Assembly: GCA_964560245.1 (NCBI GenBank)
Contig: CAZLLC010000002.1
Location: forward strand, 1-48,627
Direction of reading: 5' to 3'
Length of the DNA stretch: 48,627 nt
Origin: an uncultured Oscillospiraceae bacterium
Lineage (GTDB): Bacteria > Bacillota > Clostridia > Oscillospirales > Oscillospiraceae
The position numbers were made by a program, and so were the translations under genes. Shown one piece after another: positions 20,601-28,570 of the stretch. How positions within the stretch are numbered: position 1 is the first letter of the stretch; each line of letters opens with the position of its first letter. The notes under the pieces are model-generated. The model did not search any database. It saw only the letters and a program-made list of their open reading frames with translations, and was not told the DNA's origin.

Positions 20601-21869
20601 TTGATCGATAATGTGACCGTCGGCACGGCAACGGAGGACTTTGAAAAGGGCTTTGAAGACTGCCTGTTCAATGTTGTGGAAATCCACGGCGCAAACACCA
20701 TTGTGGAATGGAAAATTGCGGAAATCGACAGTCAGGATGATCCTTGTGAGAATGGTCATACGGAGGCCATTGACCAGGCAGTTGAACCCAGCTGTACGGA
20801 AAGCGGTCTGACTCAGGGCAGTCACTGCTCCGTGTGCGGTACTGTCATTGTGGAACAGACCGTAGTGGAAGCTGCCGGTCACCAGTGGGCAAACGGTGAA
20901 TGCTCCGTCTGCCACGAGCCCCAGCCCGCCAATGAAAACCACCTTGCTGCCATTTACATCGATAACCTGACAGAAACCACCCCCATGAGCTTCATCACCA
21001 AGGAAGCCTATGCAGGCGGTACGGAAATCAAGTTCCAGGCTTATGTGCCGACCGGTGCATCCTGGTGGGCAGTGAGCTGGACTACAGACCCTACCAATGT
21101 GGGTCTGTACAAGTGGACAGCAGGCTTGGGTAAGAATATGAAGTCTTCTTCTGTGTATGATGCATGGGCAGAGTATTCAGTGACACTGCCCAATGACGGC
21201 AACAGCTACTACGTCTACATCGTAGGTGCCAAAGGTGAATGGGGCGGAAACGCCCTGCTGATCGATGATGTGACCGTCGGCACGGTAACAGAGGACTTTG
21301 AAAACGGCTTTGAAGACAGTCTGTTCAGCGTTGTGGAAACCCACGGCGTAAATACCGTTGTGGAATGGCAGACTATTGAAGACGAAAGTCAGGAAGAATC
21401 TGCCGAAAGCTATGTGGCCGCGATCTACATCGATAACCTGACAGAAACCACCCCCATGAGCTTCATCACCAAGGAAGCCTATGCAGGCGGTACGGAAATC
21501 AAGTTCCAGGCTTATGTGCCGACCGGTGCATCCTGGTGGGCAGTGAGCTGGACTACAGACCCTACCAATGTGGGTCTGTACAAGTGGACAGCAGGCTTGG
21601 GTAAGAATATGAAGTCTTCTTCTGTGTATGATGCATGGGCAGAGTATTCAGTGACACTGCCCAATGACGGCAACAGCTACTACGTCTACATCGTAGGCGC
21701 CAAGGGCGAATGGGGCGGAAAAGCCCTGCTGATCGATGATGTGACCGTCGGCTCTGCAACGGAGGACTTTGAAAACGGCTTTGAAAACAGTCTGTTCACT
21801 GTTGTGGAAACCCATGGCGCAAACACCATTGTGGAATTGAAGCGCAAAGAAGATTCTGAAGACCAGTAA
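14649..21869 (+). CDS. Giant 2406-aa lipoprotein: 11 Trp-rich putative glycan-binding modules, mostly separated by Cys/His-rich linkers; no catalytic domain recognised
   Basis: Lipobox LVGC; repeated FITKxAYxGG..YVP..WWxVxWTTDP..W..Y.VTLP..YY.YIVGAKGEW..LLIDDV..EDF; linkers PTCTxxGxTEGSHCSVCG..IPATGH. Confidence 0.85.
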   Translation: MRRKLICLVLLILILSLVGCGNIHIGGHNYGEWQVVNEATCTEDGLQERVCSCGDKETEAIPALGHEIVAMEGKAATCTKDGAAEGSRCSRCKQVLQEQQVIPAGHTEVVIPGIAPTCTRAGKEDGSFCSVCGEIVLHQKKIRHGGHDYVNGVCTKCSKLQPDMAAAIVIDQINEKGTPSFYTKRPYPAGSTVTFQVYVPEGASWWAVSWTRNAADAGIYNWVKGDGVRMNLEAGQWQYCTVTLPDDGGKYYIYIVGAKGEWGGKALLIDDVTITSPDGEVLGTDQFTTDVADGLFNAVKSNATSGKTVVYSEEVCAGHWSKTDEAVAETCDQAGKTEGSHCGNCGKILKIQEEIPATGHKWDGENCSVCGKIKENLVATIAIDMLNESAPMNFITKQAYAGGSTVTFKAYVPYGANWWAVSWTTDPADVSLYKWNKDSGAYGQQMISVFGQWAEYSVTLPEGGPYYVYFVGEKGNWNGKELQIDDLLITDSDGAVLAQEDFDNGVNNSIFNVITLNPTNNTVVVGEKVMEELCKNGHTAVIDPAVEPTCTQPGLTKGKHCSVCGLVLVEQQEIPATGHSYGSDDKCACGAVRANRSVAINVDLLSDEKNMNFITRTAYEGGTTLVLRAFVPEGVSWWAVNWTTDPANVGLYKAGAGLGQYMSSQKGQWADYFVTLPNDGNSYYFYIVGAKGEWNEQELLIDDVILVDKLGKTVAEDSFDDGMHSGIFKVTEKDSNNRVVVREAVEADCLHTHKKQETGVTPDCTNAGSLGASTCKDCGTVLHGEIPLPAVGHQWVNGECTVCHEQQTAENHVAAIYIDNITEETASFITKEAYAGGTTVSFKAYVPNKTNWWSVNWTTDPANVGLYKANAGLGQYMTSQKGQWADYSVTLPDDGNSYYIYIVGAKGEWNGKALLIDDVTIGTATEDFEKGLDDCLFDVIKVHGANTIVQWQVAATDRDPCADGHTVVTDPAAEPSCTLPGLTEGSHCSVCELVLVAQEEIPATGHSYGSDGKCECGATRANRSVAINVDLISDADYMNVITRTAYEGGTTLVLRAFVPEGVSWWAVNWTTDPANVGLYKAGAGLGQYMSSQKGQWADYFVTLPNDGNSYYFYIVGAKGEWNEQELLIDDVILVDKLGKTVAEDSFDDGMHSGIFKVTEKDSNNRVVVREAVEADCLHTHKKQETGVTPDCTNAGSLGASTCKDCGTVLHGEIPLPAVGHQWVNGECTVCHEQQTAENHVAAIYIDNITEETASFITKEAYAGGTTVSFKAYVPNKTNWWSVNWTTDPANVGLYKANAGLGQYMTSQKGQWADYSVTLPDDGNSYYIYIVGAKGEWNGKALLIDDVTIGTATEDFEKGLDDCLFDVIKVHGANTIVQWQVAATDRDPCADGHTVVTDPAAEPSCTLPGLTEGSHCSVCELVLVAQEEIPATGHSYGSDGKCECGATRANRSVAINVDLISDADYMNVITRTAYEGGTTLVLRAFVPEGVSWWAVNWTTDPANVGLYKAGAGLGQYMSSQKGQWADYFVTLPNDGNSYYFYIVGAKGEWNEQELLIDDVILVDKLGKTVAEDSFDDGMHSGIFKVTEKDSNNRVVVREAVEADCLHTHKKQETGVTPDCTNAGSLGASTCKDCGTVLHGEIPLPAVGHQWVDGECTVCHEQQSTENHVAAIYIDNITEETASFITKEAYAGGSTVSFQAYVPSGTGWWVVCWTTDPANVGLYKWTSGLGQSMSSQKDQWADYSVTLPDNGNSYYIYIVGAKGEWNGNALLIDNVTVGTATEDFEKGLDDCLFNVVKVHGANTIVQWEIAEVYIPEGPCENGHTEVIDPAVEPSCTESGLTQGSHCSVCGTVIVEQTVVEAAGHQWANGECTVCHKPEDTPDNHVAAIYIDNLTEENASFITKAAYAGGSEVKFQAYVPSGTGWWAVCWTTDPANVGLYKWTSGLGQSMSSQKDQWAEYSVTLPNDGKSYYIYIVGAKGEWNGNALLIDNVTVGTATEDFEKGFEDCLFNVVEIHGANTIVEWKIAEIDSQDDPCENGHTEAIDQAVEPSCTESGLTQGSHCSVCGTVIVEQTVVEAAGHQWANGECSVCHEPQPANENHLAAIYIDNLTETTPMSFITKEAYAGGTEIKFQAYVPTGASWWAVSWTTDPTNVGLYKWTAGLGKNMKSSSVYDAWAEYSVTLPNDGNSYYVYIVGAKGEWGGNALLIDDVTVGTVTEDFENGFEDSLFSVVETHGVNTVVEWQTIEDESQEESAESYVAAIYIDNLTETTPMSFITKEAYAGGTEIKFQAYVPTGASWWAVSWTTDPTNVGLYKWTAGLGKNMKSSSVYDAWAEYSVTLPNDGNSYYVYIVGAKGEWGGKALLIDDVTVGSATEDFENGFENSLFTVVETHGANTIVELKRKEDSEDQ
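16491..19597 (+). repeat. Intragenic tandem repeat, 1281-bp unit, about 2.4 copies, apparently identical
   Basis: The same sequence starts at 16491, 17772 and 19053; identical antisense ORFs recur every 1281 bp; periodicity breaks at 19598. Confidence 0.92.
20955..21697 (+). repeat. Direct repeat of about 272 bp (20955-21226 and 21426-21697) encoding the last two modules
   Basis: TACATCGATAACCTGACAGAAACC...CGTAGG occurs twice, 471 bp apart. Confidence 0.85.
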
Positions 21870-21873
21870 AAAA

Positions 21874-21905
21874 GGGGAGGGGATGGCCCTGTAACCATCC
21901 CCTCC
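21874..21905. terminator. Intercistronic GC-rich stem-loop; A-run 5' of it and no U-run on the + strand
   Basis: GGGGAGGGATGG-ccctgtaa-CCATCCCCTCC immediately after the stop at 21869. Confidence 0.5.
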
Positions 21906-21991
21906 ACCGGCACGGCTGAATAGGAAAAACAGGAATTCCAGAAATTCCAAATTCTGTTCACATAAAAATTAAGAAAGGAAGCGATCAAATT

Positions 21992-24900
21992 ATGCAAAAA
22001 CCTGCAAATCGAATCCTTAGCATGCTGTTGGCATTGGTTATGGTACTGACTATGCTGCCGGCAACCGTTCTCGCTGACGGCGAAACGGATGTATTGGAAG
22101 GGTGGAGTGTCACGCTGGGTGAAAGCATCGGCGTTAATTTCTACCTGAACAGTGCAGACTACACTGTTAACGCAACTGTTAACGGCGAGACAGTTACCCC
22201 CGCTACTTCCGGTGAGGTCGTAACTGTCAATGTTGCGGCTGCACAGATGACCGATACCATCGGTTTGACTGTGAAAAACGGAGAAGAGGTTGTGCATACC
22301 GGCGAATATTCTGTCCGTCAGTACGCCGAAACCATTCTCACCGGCGACTATGCCGATGAGACCAAGCAGATCGTCAAGGAAATGCTGAACTACGGCGCAG
22401 CGGCTCAGACCTATTTTGCTTACAACACAGGTTCTCTTGCCAACGCGGGCTATGAGATCGAAACCCCCGCAACCGTTCCTACTGAGGTTCCGGAAGTGAC
22501 CGCAGAGGATAATCTGGACGGTATTGATCTGTACGGTATGTCCTTGGTATTCCGCTCCAAGACTGCAGTCCGTTTCTACTTTACAGTCAGCGGCAGTATT
22601 GAGGATTATGACTTTAAAGTCGGCACAGCGGAATATGAAGCTGTGGAGAAAGACGGTCTGTACTATGTAGAGATCGGCGACATCAATCCCCAGGATCTGA
22701 GTGAGGAGTTTACCGTTTATGTTAACGGTGGTGACCTGATGGCCACCTACAGCCCCTTAAACTACATTGTCAGAAAATACAACAGCTCCAGCAGCTCCGC
22801 TGAGTTGATTGCACTGGTACAGGCACTGTACGGCTACCATCTGGAAGCCATTGCATATGTAAGATTCCTGGCATCTGAGGCTGTCAGACCCACTGAGGGC
22901 AATGTGGCTGCGCTGAATATCTACTACATCAGAGATAGCGCGCCTATGAGCTTTATTACCAAGGATGCTTATCCTGCCGGCACCACCATCACCTTTAAGG
23001 CCTATCAGCCCTACATCGCTGATACCAGCAACAACTGGTGGGGCGTTGGCACGACCACCGATGCCGCTACCGGCAGCATCTACACCTGCGCCAAGGCAGG
23101 CAACAATATGTACAGCGCAGATAATGACAATTACTGGGCTGAGTTCAGCTACACGATCCCTGCAGATGCTGAAGATTCCTATATTTACATTGCTGGCGCA
23201 AAGAATGTCGCATGGATCAACGATCTGCTGCTGATCGACGATGTGGTCATCACCACGCCGGACGGCAATTCTGTTAGCGATGGCTTTGAATATGGCCTGA
23301 CTGCCGGCCTGTTTAATTTCAATGCTGTGAGCGGTAACGATTTCAATGCAGTAACCCTGCAGAATCTCAGCCCTGTTACAGCACAGGAGGCTCTGGAGGT
23401 CGTGAAAGCCCAGTACGGTGATACCGTTTCTGTTGGCACTGAGCTAATCTCTAACCTGTGGGTCAAGGGTAACGAGTTTACTGTCAGCTGGACTGCTTCT
23501 GCCGGCGCTTCTGTAGCAGGCAATAAGCTGTCCTTGATCGCACAGAACGAGGATACGGAATACACTCTGACCGTTACCGTTTCTAAGGACAGCGATACTG
23601 CTTCCTACAGCTGGAACGGCACAGTAGATGCCCGTACAGGTAATGTGGCAGCGCTGAATATTTACTATATTAGCGAAAGCGCTCCTATGAGCTTTATCAC
23701 AAAGGCTGCTTATCCTGCAGGAACTACTATTACATTTAAGGCATATCAGCCCTACATTTCCGATACAAGCAACAACTGGTGGGGCGTTGCCGGTACTGCG
23801 GATGCTGCTGCGGGCAGTATTTATACCTGTGCTAAGGCTGGCAATAAGATGTACAATGCAAACAATAACGATTGTTGGGCGGAGTACACCTATACATTGC
23901 CGGAAGGCAGTGCAGATTCCTATTTCTACATTGCCGGCGCAAAGAATATTGCGTGGAAGGATTATCCGTTGCTGATTGATGATGTGGTCATTACCACACC
24001 GGATGGCACTGTTGCTACCGATGATTTCGAGGCTGGGTTGACTGCTGGCTTGTTCAATGTGAATACAGCAAGCGCCGTAACGCTGCTTGCAGTGAATCCT
24101 GCAACTGCAGAGGAAGCTTTGGCTGATTTGAAGGCATCCTATGGCGACAACATCGCTGTAGGTACCGAATTAGTTTCTGCCTGGACATTGGACAGCACCA
24201 ATTTCGATGTTTCCTGGACAGCCACCGGCGCAGCCTCTGTCACGGACGGTAAGCTGACTGCAATTGCACAGAATGAAGCAGCCGACTATACACTGACTGC
24301 AACTGTAACAAATGACAGCGATACTGCTTCCTACAGCTGGAACGGCACAGTAGATGCCCGTACAGGTAATGTGGCAGCAATTACAGTTAATAAGCTTAAT
24401 GAAAAGACGCCTATGAGCTTCATCACGAAAGAAGCCTACGCAGGCGGTAGCACCATCAGCTTTGATGCTTTCGTACCCACCGGTGCCACCTGGTGGCGGG
24501 TCGCTTATACAACTGATCCTGTCAATGATGTAAGCATCTACAGGGGCACAGTGATGACCTCCGTAAAGGATGCATGGGCAGAGTATTCCGTGACACTGCC
24601 TGATGATGGTAATAGTTATTATATCTACTTTGTAGGTGAAAAGGGTCAATGGAAGGACAGCGAAGGCAATATGCTGCAGCTACTCATCGACAATGTGACC
24701 ATCACCAGTGGCAGCACCGTTGCAACCGATGATTTTGAAGGCGACAGCCTGTTTGATTTCAATGCCGGCGCAGCACTGCTGAATGTGAATCCTGCAACTG
24801 CAGAGGAAGCTTTGGCTGATTTGAAGGCAGCATATGGCGACAACATCGCTGTAGGCACCGAATTAGTTTCTGCCTGGACATTGGACAGCACCAATTTCGA

Positions 24901-27900
24901 TATTTCCTGGACAGCCACAGGCGCAGCCTCTGTCACGGACGGAAAGCTTGCAGCCATTGCCCAGAATGAAGATGCAGACTACACCCTGACTGTAACCGTC
25001 ACAAATGACAGCGATACTGCTTCCTACAGCTGGAACGGCACAGTAGATGCCCGTACAGGTAATGTGGCAGCAATTACAGTTAATAAGCTGAATGAAAAAA
25101 CGCCTATGAGCTTTATCACAAAGAATGCCTATGCAGGCGGCACCACAATCAGCTTTGAAGCTTTCGTGCCTACCGGTGCAACCTGGTGGAGGGTCGCTTA
25201 TACAACTGATCCTGTAAATGATGTAGGTATTTACAAGGGTACAGTGATGACTTCCGTAAAGGATGTATGGTCGGAATACTCCCTGACACTGCCGGATGAT
25301 GGCAACAGCTATTATATTTACCTTACAGGCGCCAAGGGCGAATGGAATGACAGCGAAGGCAATATGCTGGATCTGTTGGTAGATAATGTTGTCATCACAG
25401 CACCGGACGGTACCTCCGTCACCGATGATTTTGAAGGCGACAGCCTGTTTGATTTCAATGCCGGCGCTGCGCTGCTTGCTGTGAATGCAGCCACTGCAGA
25501 AGAGGCTTTGGCTGAACTGAAGGTATCCTATGGTGCTTCCATTGCCGATGGCACCGAACTGGTTACTACCTGGAAGGTGGGTGGTAAAAATTTTACCGTA
25601 CAATGGACTGTGGACGAAGGGGCGTCCGCAGCATCCATTGAGAATAATAAGCTGGTTTTGACCCCCCAGGGTACAACGGTCAATTACCTGCTGACCGCCA
25701 CTGTCAGTGACGGTGAAGACACTGCTTCCTACAGCTGGATCGACAATGTGAAGCCCCAGGCAAACAATGTGGCTGCCATTACCATTGGCAAGCTGAGCAA
25801 TGATAATACAATCAGATTTATTACCAATGATGCCTATGTCGGCGGCAGTACCATCAGTTTTGATGCTTATGTTCCCACTGGCGCATCCTGGTGGAGGGTT
25901 GCTTATACCACCGATCCTGTAAATGATGTAAGTATTTACAAGGGTACAGTGATGACTTCCGTAAAGGATGTATGGTCGGAATACTCCCTGACACTGCCGG
26001 ATGACGGCAACAGCTATTACATTTACCTTACAGGTCCCGGGGGCGAATGGAAGGACACCGAAGGCGAGTATCTGGATCTGCTGGTTGACAATGTAACCAT
26101 TACCGCACCCGACGGCACCATTGCCACCGACGATTTCGAGGGCGACAGCCTGTTTACTTTAAGCAATATCGCCGCGCTGCAGACCATTGAGCCTGAGGAA
26201 GTTACTCCCCGGGCAGGCAATTACGCAGCGATCTATATGGACTATCTGACAGAAGACACCGCCAGCTTTATTACGAAGGAAGCCTATGCCGGCGGTAGTA
26301 CGATCAGCTTTGAAGCCTATTTACCTGAGGGCGCATCCTGGTGGTCAGTAAGCTGGACAACCGATCCTGCTGATGTAGGCTTGTATACATGGCAAAACGG
26401 CTTGGGACAGAATATGAGCAGTTACTCCGTCAAGGGCGCATGGGCAGAGTATTCCGTAACACTACCCGATGACGGCAACAGCTACTATGTCTATATCGTT
26501 GGCCCTAAGGGTGAATGGGAAGACGAGGCAGTGCTGATCGACAATGTGGTCATCACAGAGCCCGGTGGTACCGAGACTGTGGAAGACTTTGAAAACGGTC
26601 TGGAGAGCAGCATTTTCAGCTATATCTCCAGAAACTCCGGCGGAGAAGACCTTGTGGTGCTGCTGACCTACAACTATGCTCTGGAGGTTACAGTCGCGAA
26701 TCTGTCCACCGGTATTGAACTCATTACCAAGACTGCGTTTCCTGCCGGCACCACCGTCACCTTTGATGCGAAGGTACCGGAAGACCACGACTGGTGGGCC
26801 TTGGATTGGACTACTGATCCCGGCTCTGTGAACAATGAGAGTGCCCGGTATGCACATAGCAGCAGCGGTACTACACTCAAATCCTTTACGGGAAAGTGGA
26901 GCAACTATACCGTTACATTGCCGGAAAGCGGCGGTCCCTACCACCTGTATTTTGCAGGTCCCAATGAATGGGGCACCAACACACTGCTGATCGATAATTT
27001 TAAGGCAGTGGATGCTGACGGCAATGTGTTGGCTGACGAAAACTTTAACCACGCAATCGCCGATTCCGTCTTTGTTGCCAGCTCCAATGCTGCAGCAATG
27101 TATGAGGTTACCAGCTACAACGAAAATGACGACGCGGAAGTGGAGTTTACAGCTTATGCTGCACCCACGGTGAACCGTAACGTGACTGCTGAAAATAAGG
27201 GCGCTATCGGCGCTGCGTACAGAAATATGGCAGATGCCGGCTTTAACAAGGCTATCGCTTTGCATGAAGGTTCCAGCGGAACTTTTACGGCCACTGACGT
27301 GGATGGGATCAAGGCGCAGATCGCCGAGCGCAGCGCTGCTGTAGAAGCTGTTGCGCAGATTGTTATGGAAAAGGCTGGCAGATATGGCATTTCCTATTAC
27401 GTCAAGGATTGGGGCTTGTATAATTTGGGCGGCACATATACCGATGACTACGGTGTTGACAGCAGCTTCGATCTGACACAGGATGATTTTAATGAGATCA
27501 TCAGCGCTATGTTTGATTCCGATAACCCTTACAGCGAAAACACTGGCTACGCCGGTCACTTCGGCTATGACGAGCCCTTCTATGCTGACCTGGAGAAGGT
27601 GGGCTGGGCGGCTCAGGCCTATAAGGCAACCGGCGTAGGCGGTGAGTTGTTCGTAAACCTGCTGCCCACTTATGTGAACAGTAATTCTCCTCAGCTGGGC
27701 GCAGAAACCAACTGGGATAAGCTGTTTGGTGACTACACCTACGAGAACTACCTGAACGAATATTTAACGCAAACCGACGGCTGCCTGGATTACATCTGCT
27801 GGGACTACTATCCTTTTATGAATGCAACCAATGCAGCAGGAACGGATATTTCCAGTCAGCAGGCTACCCGTATCCAGAAATATCTGGCAGGCTATGAGCT

Positions 27901-28549
27901 GATGGCCAATGCAGCCAAGGAAAGTGACCGGGAGCTGCGGATCATCATTCAGTCCTCCGGTGACTCCTTAGGCAATAAGGATCTGGAGGGAAAATCCGAG
28001 CTTAGCTTCCAGATCTATTCCGGTCTGGCATTCGGCGTTAAGGAATTTATCTACTATATGTACAGTGGTAGCGGCACATCCGGTTACGACTACATCTTCC
28101 GTTACGATGACCAAAAATACAACGATACTGTTTACGGTTGGGCACAAGCTGTCAATACCGCTGTTCACAGTTTCGAAGAAGTGTACAACGAGTACACCTG
28201 GAGCAATGTGATGAAGGTGGATGCCGACAGCTCCAGTGTGATGATGAACAACCTGACAGGCGCTGTCACCTCCAGTGATGTGCTGAAGGTTGAAGGCACC
28301 GGTGACTATCTGGTTGGTATGTTCACCGCAAAGGATTCCGCAAGCGACAGACAGAATGCTTTTATGATCGTGAATGCGGAGTATGATCCCAGTGCTGCGG
28401 CACACGATATCGTGCTGACTATGGCCGGTGCTTCTGCTATGTACATTTGCCGTGACGGTGAGCAGACTGTTATGAAGCTCAACGACACCCAGTGCATCCT
28501 GGAGGATGTACAGCCCGGCGAGGGTATCTTTGTGGTACCTCTGTACTGA
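21992..28549 (+). CDS. Giant 2185-aa secreted modular enzyme: N-terminal duplicated domain, 7 Trp-rich modules with Ig-like spacers, C-terminal GH-like TIM barrel
   Basis: Signal peptide ending VLA; N-domain SVTLGESIGVNFY..MLNYGAAAQTYF; 7 modules; from ~27140 EFTAYAAPTVNR..FGYDEP..ICWDYYPF..FQIYSGLAFGVKEFIYY..PGEG. Confidence 0.85.
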   Translation: MQKPANRILSMLLALVMVLTMLPATVLADGETDVLEGWSVTLGESIGVNFYLNSADYTVNATVNGETVTPATSGEVVTVNVAAAQMTDTIGLTVKNGEEVVHTGEYSVRQYAETILTGDYADETKQIVKEMLNYGAAAQTYFAYNTGSLANAGYEIETPATVPTEVPEVTAEDNLDGIDLYGMSLVFRSKTAVRFYFTVSGSIEDYDFKVGTAEYEAVEKDGLYYVEIGDINPQDLSEEFTVYVNGGDLMATYSPLNYIVRKYNSSSSSAELIALVQALYGYHLEAIAYVRFLASEAVRPTEGNVAALNIYYIRDSAPMSFITKDAYPAGTTITFKAYQPYIADTSNNWWGVGTTTDAATGSIYTCAKAGNNMYSADNDNYWAEFSYTIPADAEDSYIYIAGAKNVAWINDLLLIDDVVITTPDGNSVSDGFEYGLTAGLFNFNAVSGNDFNAVTLQNLSPVTAQEALEVVKAQYGDTVSVGTELISNLWVKGNEFTVSWTASAGASVAGNKLSLIAQNEDTEYTLTVTVSKDSDTASYSWNGTVDARTGNVAALNIYYISESAPMSFITKAAYPAGTTITFKAYQPYISDTSNNWWGVAGTADAAAGSIYTCAKAGNKMYNANNNDCWAEYTYTLPEGSADSYFYIAGAKNIAWKDYPLLIDDVVITTPDGTVATDDFEAGLTAGLFNVNTASAVTLLAVNPATAEEALADLKASYGDNIAVGTELVSAWTLDSTNFDVSWTATGAASVTDGKLTAIAQNEAADYTLTATVTNDSDTASYSWNGTVDARTGNVAAITVNKLNEKTPMSFITKEAYAGGSTISFDAFVPTGATWWRVAYTTDPVNDVSIYRGTVMTSVKDAWAEYSVTLPDDGNSYYIYFVGEKGQWKDSEGNMLQLLIDNVTITSGSTVATDDFEGDSLFDFNAGAALLNVNPATAEEALADLKAAYGDNIAVGTELVSAWTLDSTNFDISWTATGAASVTDGKLAAIAQNEDADYTLTVTVTNDSDTASYSWNGTVDARTGNVAAITVNKLNEKTPMSFITKNAYAGGTTISFEAFVPTGATWWRVAYTTDPVNDVGIYKGTVMTSVKDVWSEYSLTLPDDGNSYYIYLTGAKGEWNDSEGNMLDLLVDNVVITAPDGTSVTDDFEGDSLFDFNAGAALLAVNAATAEEALAELKVSYGASIADGTELVTTWKVGGKNFTVQWTVDEGASAASIENNKLVLTPQGTTVNYLLTATVSDGEDTASYSWIDNVKPQANNVAAITIGKLSNDNTIRFITNDAYVGGSTISFDAYVPTGASWWRVAYTTDPVNDVSIYKGTVMTSVKDVWSEYSLTLPDDGNSYYIYLTGPGGEWKDTEGEYLDLLVDNVTITAPDGTIATDDFEGDSLFTLSNIAALQTIEPEEVTPRAGNYAAIYMDYLTEDTASFITKEAYAGGSTISFEAYLPEGASWWSVSWTTDPADVGLYTWQNGLGQNMSSYSVKGAWAEYSVTLPDDGNSYYVYIVGPKGEWEDEAVLIDNVVITEPGGTETVEDFENGLESSIFSYISRNSGGEDLVVLLTYNYALEVTVANLSTGIELITKTAFPAGTTVTFDAKVPEDHDWWALDWTTDPGSVNNESARYAHSSSGTTLKSFTGKWSNYTVTLPESGGPYHLYFAGPNEWGTNTLLIDNFKAVDADGNVLADENFNHAIADSVFVASSNAAAMYEVTSYNENDDAEVEFTAYAAPTVNRNVTAENKGAIGAAYRNMADAGFNKAIALHEGSSGTFTATDVDGIKAQIAERSAAVEAVAQIVMEKAGRYGISYYVKDWGLYNLGGTYTDDYGVDSSFDLTQDDFNEIISAMFDSDNPYSENTGYAGHFGYDEPFYADLEKVGWAAQAYKATGVGGELFVNLLPTYVNSNSPQLGAETNWDKLFGDYTYENYLNEYLTQTDGCLDYICWDYYPFMNATNAAGTDISSQQATRIQKYLAGYELMANAAKESDRELRIIIQSSGDSLGNKDLEGKSELSFQIYSGLAFGVKEFIYYMYSGSGTSGYDYIFRYDDQKYNDTVYGWAQAVNTAVHSFEEVYNEYTWSNVMKVDADSSSVMMNNLTGAVTSSDVLKVEGTGDYLVGMFTAKDSASDRQNAFMIVNAEYDPSAAAHDIVLTMAGASAMYICRDGEQTVMKLNDTQCILEDVQPGEGIFVVPLY

Positions 28550-28570
28550 TACAAACACAATAAATGAGAT

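Noticed and set aside
17040..20920. Five CxxCH motifs (CTVCH, CSVCH) suggesting a multiheme cytochrome c
   Set aside because: Equivalent linker positions read CxxCG, CxxCS or CxxCE in other copies, so His is not conserved; no cytochrome maturation genes are in the window
14649..21869. Cellulosome scaffoldin
   Set aside because: The modules do not resemble cohesins and no dockerin (duplicated Ca-binding loop) was seen in neighbouring enzymes
14649..28549. Repeats as a CRISPR array or a DGR template/variable repeat pair
   Set aside because: The repeats are long, in-frame coding modules with no spacers; no cas or reverse transcriptase gene is present and I saw no adenine-specific divergence
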